This document shows positions 18,390-24,957 of a stretch of DNA of 32,000 nt, piece by piece; position 1 is the stretch's first letter, and the number at the start of each line of letters is the position of its first letter. Origin of the DNA: Microcystis aeruginosa NIES-2549 (GTDB taxonomy: Bacteria; Cyanobacteriota; Cyanobacteriia; Cyanobacteriales; Microcystaceae); NCBI RefSeq assembly GCF_000981785.2, contig NZ_CP011304.1:3660001-3692000 (forward strand), read 5' to 3'. The translations under genes and the position numbers were made by a program. Below the pieces are notes generated by a model that saw nothing but the letters and a program-made list of their open reading frames with translations, had not been told where the DNA came from and did no database searches.

Positions 18390-19185
18390 AATATCCGTAG
18401 GGATCCACAGGAGTGGGTATAGGTTTCACGGATTTAGCCTTAATTACTAATTGTCTTCTGGTGGTTGATTTTCCCACCTCTACGGGTAAGGATTCCGTGG
18501 TCATTTCTCCGGTGATTTCTAACCAAGTATCATTGGGATATTGACTGCGACTTCCTGATAGTTTCACAGGCAAACCCACGGGATAAGCATCCACGGCACA
18601 ACAGGTAAGAATAAAGCGACTAATTAATAAATAATTATCGGGCAATTGGGGCAATTGTACCACAAAACCTGTGACTTTTACCGGTTGTCCCGTGTAGGCA
18701 TCAGGTTCGGGGTAAGCATTCAAAGTTCTTACCCATTCAATTAAACTTTTTTCCTCCGGTTTAACGGTAGTGCCAAAGGATTGAGTTTGCAAGCGAGTTA
18801 GGGGTAAAGACTCACTAATTCCCCTCTGTAATGCGATTTGACTGCTGAGGGGCTGCGGGGCGATAAATAGTCCTAAAATGGCAGTGATTACTAATAAACT
18901 TGAGCCAAAATGTTGGGGAAGAATGGTAATATGTGATCGCTGATCGTTACTATCTAAATTAGTCTTTTTTTGCCACTGCTTTAATAATGTCCAAAGCTTG
19001 ACTATTCCCAGGACAAATAAAGCAATACTGGTGAAGATAACCAGAATAAAATAATTAGGATGGATCAGTAAATTTAACTGTCCAGTTATCCAGTATTTAA
19101 ATAGTAATGAACCCCAACCGATTAGGGCAATAATATCGATAAATTGGGTGGCGATTATTTTTAGACGTGATGAATTCATGGGCAA
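18388..19185 (-). CDS. TIGR03943/DUF1980 family membrane protein, partner of the upstream permease
   Basis: N-terminal TM helices and a C-terminal domain with a TCCAVDA motif. It lies 18 nt downstream of the permease gene. Confidence 0.7.
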   Translation of the reverse strand: MPMNSSRLKIIATQFIDIIALIGWGSLLFKYWITGQLNLLIHPNYFILVIFTSIALFVLGIVKLWTLLKQWQKKTNLDSNDQRSHITILPQHFGSSLLVITAILGLFIAPQPLSSQIALQRGISESLPLTRLQTQSFGTTVKPEEKSLIEWVRTLNAYPEPDAYTGQPVKVTGFVVQLPQLPDNYLLISRFILTCCAVDAYPVGLPVKLSGSRSQYPNDTWLEITGEMTTESLPVEVGKSTTRRQLVIKAKSVKPIPTPVDPYGY

Positions 19186-19203
19186 AAATATCCAGGGACT
19201 GAA

Positions 19204-20214
19204 CTAAAATAAATAACTGTGAGCCAAGGTGAGTAAAAAAGTCATTTGCGCTGCTAAAGCAAAGAGATAAATTAACATTCTCGGTTTAAAAATAGACAAC
19301 ATTAAACCAATACCTTTCAGGTCAATCATTGGACCGAACACTAGAAAAGCCAGCAGGGAACTACTGGTAAAACTAGAGGCAAAGGAGAGAGCAAAAAAAG
19401 AATCAACCGTGGAACAAATCGAAACAATGACAGCTAACAGCATCATGGCCAAGATCGAAGTAATCGGATCCTGACCCAAATTAAGCACAAATTCCCGGGG
19501 AACAAACACCTGTAAACCGGCCGCTATAGCACTTCCTAAGATTAACACTCCTCCTAATTCGCGTAATTCCATCACCACGTTTTCCAGAAAAGTTAACCAG
19601 CGCCTTTTCATCGGGATTGCTTGCACTGCCGGTAGGACAGCAGTAGCGGCAAAACTTTCGTCTAAGCGCAAAGTTTGCCCAGAATTACCGATCAGAAAAG
19701 AACCGGATTGTAGTAGTAGTGGGATAGATTCTTTTTCCGGTGTTTCCGGTTGCCAATTGAGACTTTTTGCCAAAGAGGTTTGGAGGAGTGGTCGGGGATC
19801 TTTTTGGATACTAAAGATAATGCCGATAACCGTAGCGATGAACAAGGAAAAGATAACTCGATAGAAAACAATTTCCGGTTGATCGCGAAAAGCTACCCAA
19901 GTAGACCAGATAACAATCGGGTTAATTGTTGGCGCTGCTAAGAGAAAACTAACCGCTACTGCATTCGGCATTCCTTGCACAAGTAAACGTCGCGCCACGG
20001 GTACATTGCCACACTCGCACACGGGGAACAAAAACCCAATACATCCTCCCACAAATGCTCCTAAAATAGCATTGCGAGGCATCAACGCAACTAGGCGACG
20101 TTCATCGACAAATATTAAAAGAATACTAGAGAGAATCACCCCTAGCAGCAAGAAAGGCATCGCTTCCACCAACAGGCTCAGGAATAGGGTAAAGGCATTT
20201 TGTAGTTGACTCAT
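19204..20214 (-). CDS. Predicted permease (COG0701 / ArsP-like family)
   Basis: Polytopic membrane protein with a PVCECGNVPVARRL motif. Confidence 0.8.
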   Translation of the reverse strand: MSQLQNAFTLFLSLLVEAMPFLLLGVILSSILLIFVDERRLVALMPRNAILGAFVGGCIGFLFPVCECGNVPVARRLLVQGMPNAVAVSFLLAAPTINPIVIWSTWVAFRDQPEIVFYRVIFSLFIATVIGIIFSIQKDPRPLLQTSLAKSLNWQPETPEKESIPLLLQSGSFLIGNSGQTLRLDESFAATAVLPAVQAIPMKRRWLTFLENVVMELRELGGVLILGSAIAAGLQVFVPREFVLNLGQDPITSILAMMLLAVIVSICSTVDSFFALSFASSFTSSSLLAFLVFGPMIDLKGIGLMLSIFKPRMLIYLFALAAQMTFLLTLAHSYLF

Positions 20215-20333
20215 CTATCCTCGCCTTGGGAATTGGGGGTTTAGGGGTAAAGACTTAGGAACCCTAGAAAAAGGTTCATCAGTCCGCTCCCCGGCTTTTT
20301 AACATTTTTTTAATATATCTGATCGAGTGACCA

Positions 20334-20362
20334 ATTATCAGTTATCAGTGACCAGTTATCAG
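20334..20362 (+). repeat. Interrupted (TTATCAG) heptamer array
   Basis: Read directly as ttatcagttatcagtgaccagttatcag. It is followed by a degenerate CTCCCCA-type run at 20416-20444. Confidence 0.85.
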
Positions 20363-20535
20363 GGGACAGGAGACGGGAGCCAGTATTCAGGAGTCGGGAG
20401 ATTATTTTTATTTATTCTCCCTTCTCCCCACTCCCCCCACTCTGACAGGTGTAGGTATTTTACAACTAAGAGGAAGGGGAGTAGTAAAAAGCATCAACGG
20501 GGGTGGGAGGGAAAGAACTCCAACGGTGAAGGTGA

Positions 20536-20666
20536 ATCGACAAACCTTTTAGTAAATCAGCAATTAGGGTAATAGAAATCATCGAAGCTAACAATGATGC
20601 AACTCTCGAAGAATTATCGGACTTACTGTATGAAAAGACACAGGTGAAAGTCAGTAGAGCCAAATA
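20536..20666 (+). pseudogene. Short IS630-family transposase N-terminal (HTH) fragment
   Basis: One frame reads KSAIRVIEIIEANNDATLEELSDLLYEKTQVKVSRAK*. This resembles the xxPDATLxELxxxLxxxxGVxVS segment of IS630 transposases. It has no start codon and ends at the 55-bp repeat. Confidence 0.3.
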
Positions 20667-20717
20667 AGCACTTCAGGATTCCATAAGCAAAAATTATCAC
20701 ACAAAGTCGAGAAGAGC
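20663..20717 (+). repeat. 55-bp perfect inverted repeat, left copy
   Basis: aataagcacttcaggattccataagcaaaaattatcacacaaagtcgagaagagc is the exact reverse complement of 24362-24416. The match extends to 59 nt with 1 mismatch (20659-20717 / 24362-24420). Confidence 0.95.
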
Positions 20718-20798
20718 CCCAATAAGCAATGCAATCCTTGCTATCAAAGTAATTTCAGTTCCGGGCTGATTCGGAGCATCTTTCAATTTGACAACGCC
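20718..20798. mobile_element. Arm A of a split ~250-bp MITE-like element
   Basis: The terminal sequence, reverse-complemented, is ggcgttgtcaaattgaaagatgc. It pairs with the arm B terminus gacgttgtca...gaaagatgc (9/10 terminal and 9/9 subterminal matches). It is followed by ctaattct (20799-20806), the reverse complement of the AGAATTAG that follows arm B. Confidence 0.55.
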
Positions 20799-21021
20799 CT
20801 AATTCTTCCCACCGTAGAGCATAGCCATTTACTTCAACCTTAACCGCCGCCAATTGCTCATTCGTTGCTTGTTTCAAAATACGGAAGCGATCGCCAGGAA
20901 CCCCGATAATACGTCCATCACTGAGTTCAACGTATATCATGCGCTCTTCTGCCCAGGCTCGAATGGCAGCAGGCTCAATGGTCATCATGGGATTAACGGT
21001 TGTGGAAATCACGATAAGCAC
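20755..21021 (-). pseudogene. DUF2442-domain gene, 5' three-quarters fused to a foreign 19-codon tail
   Basis: IRAWAEERMIYVELSDGRIIGVPGDRFRILKQATNEQLAAVKVEVNGYALRWEEL matches the DUF2442 pattern up to nt 20799. The tail GRCQIERCSESARN* is read from the MITE arm. The matching 3' end lies at 24530-24595. Confidence 0.7.
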
Positions 21022-21062
21022 TCCTTATTCTAATTATAGTTATTTCAAATAAGAACGAGACA

Positions 21063-21933
21063 CTAGGCGACACAATAAGTACGAATAATTTCATCAAGGG
21101 GTGTCCCCACAGGAGCATACATTCTTGCCCTCTTTAATGCAATAAAATCATGTTCGATATCATTTAAATCAGGAGAGTATTTTGGCAAAAACACTACCTG
21201 ATCACCTGCTTCCTCTACCAGGCGTTCGGCGAACTCAGCCGAGCCGTTGTTTAATGACTGTCTTCCGATGAATTGGTGCATTATCCATAATTAATACTGA
21301 TGTTCTGGGCGCGAGAGGGCAATAAATATAAAGATAACCACCCTTCAAAACCTTCGGCATTCAGGCTTATCGTAAATACCATCGGTGCAATAAAGTCTTT
21401 TTTTCCCTTTCTTCTCCCAGCGACAAGGTTCTCTCTTTTTCCTCGTTTTCCTTGTCTATCTCCCAATACTTTCTTCCCTTTTTGTGCATCGGGCATAAAA
21501 GCAGGCTTGAAATTCTTCAAATCCTGACTCATCAATAAACACAAGGCTTTCACTTCCATATATTTTAATCAATTCTCTCAGCACTCTGTAGTATTTCATT
21601 CTTTCTTCTCGGTTTCTTTCTCTATAACGAAGTTCCTTCTTTTTTCTGGTAACTTTCATTTTTTTTAAGGCATAGCAAATGGCACTTGGTCTCACTCCAA
21701 ACTTCTCGGCTCTGTCTCTTAATCTTGCCTCGGGATTTTCTTGGACATCTTTTGACAGTGCTTTCCAGTCCAGCTTTCTCTGACGGTGTTTTACCTTTGT
21801 TGCTTCCAGTTTTTCCCTACTTAGCCATCTATATATTGTGGCTCTTCCTATATTAAATATAGCGGCGGCTTTGGTTATGCTTCCTCCATACATAATCAAT
21901 TACTTTTTTTCTCAAGTCTAGGCTATAGGACAT
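21063..21933 (-). pseudogene. IS630-family transposase, decayed, with at least 4 frame changes
   Basis: Homology runs through several frames. These are MSYSLDLRKKVIDYV (ATG at 21933), GGSITKAAAIFNIGRATIYRWL...FIDESGF (21899-21456), PAFMPDAQKGKKVLG...FEGWLSLYLLPS (21559-21281), LIMDNAPIHRKTV in a further frame near 21290, and FLPKYSPDLNDIEHDF (21281-21063). Confidence 0.8.
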
Positions 21934-21995
21934 TTTTCTGTATGGGTTGCTTGTTTCTCCTTATTTTACCCTATTTTTTACTTGTATCATAGTTA

Positions 21996-23246
21996 CTAAT
22001 TCTGTACGCAAATATTGCATCTAGAATTAGCTTTGTACGCTTTGACCCGTACTGGGTTAACTACGAACCTCTCTATCGGATTCCCGCTAAAGGCGGCCTC
22101 TCCGACTACCTTTCTTCCAATATTTAAGGAACCATTAATATCTGCTCCATAGAAATAACCCGACGAGCTTCTGAATAGTCCTCTTTTAATTCTCTTGCCT
22201 AAATAGCTTTTTTGCTTTTGAATAGACTCTAAGTCCAAGAAACTACATTTAGAGGTATAGCTTTCATTAGTTGTTTTGACCTCTATTCCTACTAAATTTG
22301 CTTTATAGGTAAGTTGTTCGATAAACCTTGAATGAGGAATATTTACGAATGACTGGTTATTTCTATCTCCAATATTAATGTTTTGTTTCCAGCCTTGATT
22401 ATGACCAATAACTAAAAGGTTAATTTGATGAGCTAGTAATTTATCAATAATATATTTACTAGCGGTGTGGAGGTAATAATCCACCTGGCAATTACGCTTT
22501 AAAGTTAAACCTTGTATTCTTTTACTGGTCTTCTGGAGACTGGGTAATTCCGATTTGAGTTTAGCTAGTGTCTTGTTGTACTTTTGATTGCAGGATTTTA
22601 AGGCTTTTCCACATACTAAAGTTGGCTGAAATTCGGGAATATTAGAGGTAACAGCAGCTAGGTTATTTAAGCCTAAATCGATAAAAGCATATCTTTCTCC
22701 CTCTTGACTTGATGAGGATGGTTGTTCATAGACAATCTCTAAACAATAAGCACCCAATTTAGGAATAATCCTGACCTCTAAGACTTCCTTTAAATTAGTT
22801 TTAAATTCTAAATTAGTCCCTGATAGCTTGATTAAACCTTGCTTCAACGCTTTTTTAGAAATGGCTTGATAGTTATAAGTTAAAACGTTTCTACCTTTTT
22901 CCTTGTCTTTGTATCTTGGCAACTTAGGCTCTCCTGTAAATTTATCTGGCGATTTTTTGTATTGTTCTTTCGCTTTTTGGTAGGATTTAAAGGTTTTTTC
23001 TACTTGCTTTAATACTAACTGACTTACTTTGGCGGGTAAGGCTTGATAATCTGGACTCATTTTTAAGGCATGATGTAACTCAGTCATTGTTAAAAATGGT
23101 TGATGTGAAAAGAAAACTTGACGGTTTAAATAAACAGCACAATTATACAGATTCTTCGATAAAAATCCTAATTTATCAATTACTGAATAATTTTTGTGAT
23201 TAAATTTAATTAGATGTTTTTGAACTAATTTCATCATTCTCCTCAA
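21996..23246 (-). CDS. tnpB: TnpB (OrfB) RNA-guided endonuclease-type protein of the IS200/IS605-IS607 group
   Basis: The RuvC triad appears intact: AFIDLGLNNLAAV (D), NESYTSKCS (E) and YGADINGSLNIGRK (D). I saw no CxxC zinc ribbon. The start may be M4/M5 (23237/23234). Confidence 0.88.
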   Translation of the reverse strand: MRRMMKLVQKHLIKFNHKNYSVIDKLGFLSKNLYNCAVYLNRQVFFSHQPFLTMTELHHALKMSPDYQALPAKVSQLVLKQVEKTFKSYQKAKEQYKKSPDKFTGEPKLPRYKDKEKGRNVLTYNYQAISKKALKQGLIKLSGTNLEFKTNLKEVLEVRIIPKLGAYCLEIVYEQPSSSSQEGERYAFIDLGLNNLAAVTSNIPEFQPTLVCGKALKSCNQKYNKTLAKLKSELPSLQKTSKRIQGLTLKRNCQVDYYLHTASKYIIDKLLAHQINLLVIGHNQGWKQNINIGDRNNQSFVNIPHSRFIEQLTYKANLVGIEVKTTNESYTSKCSFLDLESIQKQKSYLGKRIKRGLFRSSSGYFYGADINGSLNIGRKVVGEAAFSGNPIERFVVNPVRVKAYKANSRCNICVQN

Positions 23247-23832
23247 GGCATTTAATTAAACATTCTGTCTTTCTATTTCGTCGTCTTAATGAGTATAATC
23301 GAGCGCAAAATGAGGTAATTATGCTCACGAAGTCTTGCCTTAAATCGTCTTTTCTTTCTTCTGCTAGATTAACGACCTCTATATCTCTATTTGTTTGAGT
23401 TAAAAGAACTTTCAGATAATTAAACCCTACTCTGCTTAAACGATCTTTATGTTCTACGACAATCAAATTATAATCAGTTTGTTCTAGAAGTTTTAATAAT
23501 AGCTTTCGATGATCATTGACTCCACTTCCTACTTCTTTAACTACTCGAACAATTTGATAGCCTTTCGCAATACAATAAGCTTCCAATCTTTTTGCCTGAG
23601 TCTCTAAGTTAGATTGATTTTCTGAACTAGAAACTCGCGCATAAATAGCTACTTTATTTTCACCGCAAGAACGGTCATCTTCAAAAATAATAATTGTTCC
23701 TGTAGGAAGACGTTCTCCTTGTAACTGCCCTCGATTCCACATTCTCCAAGCAGTGTCATAACTGCTCCCTTTTTTCTTAGCATAATCTGATAGTTTTATA
23801 TGAACTGCAATGTAAACTTGTACTAACCACAT
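23206..23832 (-). CDS. tnpA: IS607-family serine recombinase TnpA (MerR-like HTH plus resolvase catalytic domain)
   Basis: The N-terminal segment KLSDYAKKKGSSYDTAWRMWNRGQL is HTH-like. VAIYARVSSSENQSNLETQ carries the catalytic Ser. The resolvase core is VVEHKDRLSRVGFNYL. Confidence 0.85.
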   Translation of the reverse strand: MWLVQVYIAVHIKLSDYAKKKGSSYDTAWRMWNRGQLQGERLPTGTIIIFEDDRSCGENKVAIYARVSSSENQSNLETQAKRLEAYCIAKGYQIVRVVKEVGSGVNDHRKLLLKLLEQTDYNLIVVEHKDRLSRVGFNYLKVLLTQTNRDIEVVNLAEERKDDLRQDFVSIITSFCARLYSLRRRNRKTECLIKCLEENDEISSKTSN

Positions 23833-24122
23833 TAGCAGTTGTTTGCAGTTATTTGCATATATTTTTTATAAAACTTTACAATACTTATTTTAAATGACTA
23901 TACCGTTGGCATTCAGTCAAATTCGTAATCATTGAGAGTAGCTAGTTCTTTATTCTAGTCGGAAATTGTGGCGATCATTGTCGCACCCCAATCAGACCGA
24001 TAAAGACCTTCAGCAATAAACCGATAGATACTGAAAAACAGCCAATCCTGCTGTTTTAAACACAACCCATACCGCATAGGATTATTATGAATATAATTGA
24101 AAGTTGTAACAGTCGTTCAGTT

Positions 24123-24362
24123 ATGGAATACCGATGGGATGAAGCAAAACGACTTACTAATCTTCGTAAACACGGTATAGATTTTGCCGATGTTCCCGCC
24201 GTTTTCGATGGGGACATTATAACGGTTGAAGATGATCGTCTCGATTATGGAGAGCAGCGTTTTGTGACATTGGGTTTACTAAAAGGGCGAATTATTGCCG
24301 TTGTCCATACTGAACGTGAGGATTACACTCGTATTATTTCTGCAAGAAAGGCAACGAAATAG
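24123..24362 (+). CDS. brnT: BrnT (DUF497) family toxin, C-terminally shortened, with no antitoxin gene
   Basis: MEYRWDEAKRLTNLRKHGIDFADV...RIISARKATK*. The stop codon (24360-24362) touches the first base of the 55-bp repeat. Family members that I recall continue ~8-12 aa further and are followed by brnA. Confidence 0.78.
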   Translation: MEYRWDEAKRLTNLRKHGIDFADVPAVFDGDIITVEDDRLDYGEQRFVTLGLLKGRIIAVVHTEREDYTRIISARKATK

Positions 24363-24416
24363 CTCTTCTCGACTTTGTGTGATAATTTTTGCTTATGGAA
24401 TCCTGAAGTGCTTATT
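24362..24416 (-). repeat. 55-bp perfect inverted repeat, right copy
   Basis: Exact reverse complement of 20663-20717, checked base by base. Confidence 0.95.
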
Positions 24417-24528
24417 GGGCAAGACTTTTAGGACTATTTTGCGGATATTCTATCAGTATAGACCTCGTTTCCACACAGAAACCAGAAGAGCCTGCATTGC
24501 ATCTTTCCTATTCTGATCTGACAACGTC
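24417..24528. mobile_element. Arm B of the split MITE-like element
   Basis: It ends gcatctttcctattctgatctgacaacgtc (24499-24528), immediately followed by AGAATTAG (24529-24536). Confidence 0.55.
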
Positions 24529-24529
24529 A

Positions 24530-24595
24530 GAATTAGATGAGGATATTACCGTTCCTGGGATTATCGCTGGTCATTTTCAGTTACCACCTTGCTAA
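24530..24595 (+). pseudogene. DUF2442 3' fragment (ELDEDITVPGIIAGHFQLPPC*)
   Basis: It is in the same codon phase across the shared gaattag as the 5' part on the minus strand. Joining them gives ...GYALRWEELDEDITVPGIIAG..., the usual DUF2442 C-terminus. Confidence 0.6.
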
Positions 24596-24957
24596 TGTGT
24601 TTTGATAGTTCAAGCAATTGTAGGATGGGTTTGCGTAGGCGATCGCGGTTTTAAAGTTTAATTAACAAGAAGACAGCGATCGCACTGGATAAAAGGGTTT
24701 CTAATGCGATCGCCAAAGGTTTAAGGATGCCAGGGATTGATGTTACAATGTCTCCAGAGGAAGGACTGATTGGGGTACGATAAAGCTCGCCACAATTCCC
24801 GACAGTATTGGCAATGAATGATGTAGGATATGTTAGCGTAGCGTATCGCAATATTGATTAAAGTCTTTTAAAGAAGGTAAAAGCTGCATGGGATGCACCC
24901 TACGCAATCGGTGATCGCACCCCAAAGATTGGCAGTTCCTTAGTATTTATAGGCTTA

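Larger units (their letters stand above)
21940..23900 (-). mobile_element. IS607-type insertion sequence (serine-recombinase tnpA plus tnpB); ends approximate
   Basis: tnpA and tnpB overlap by 41 nt. I could not define terminal repeats or target duplication. The right end must lie within the 62 nt between the tnpB stop (21996) and the IS630 start codon (21933). Confidence 0.45.

Noticed and set aside
19750-20209. ORFs 19750-19941 and 20006-20209 (+)
   Set aside because: They are antisense to the permease gene.
20545-20569. A possible additional inverted copy of the tagggYttgctgaataaat motif
   Set aside because: Only the heptamer ttgctga and a few flanking bases match, which is too weak. The segment is better explained as part of the IS630 fragment.
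20327-20663. ORFs 20327-20572 (+) and 20466-20663 (-)
   Set aside because: They are read through heptamer arrays and IS630 debris. They look low-complexity and have no RBS.
21300-21527. 75-aa ORF antisense to the IS630 pseudogene
   Set aside because: It is a Phe/Pro/Ser-rich mirror of the Lys/Gly/Arg-rich transposase segment.
24295-24851. ORFs 24295-24516 (+) and 24651-24851 (-)
   Set aside because: The first is read across the brnT end, the 55-bp repeat and the MITE arm. The second lies in the HIP1 and palindrome-rich border segment. Neither has a motif or an RBS.
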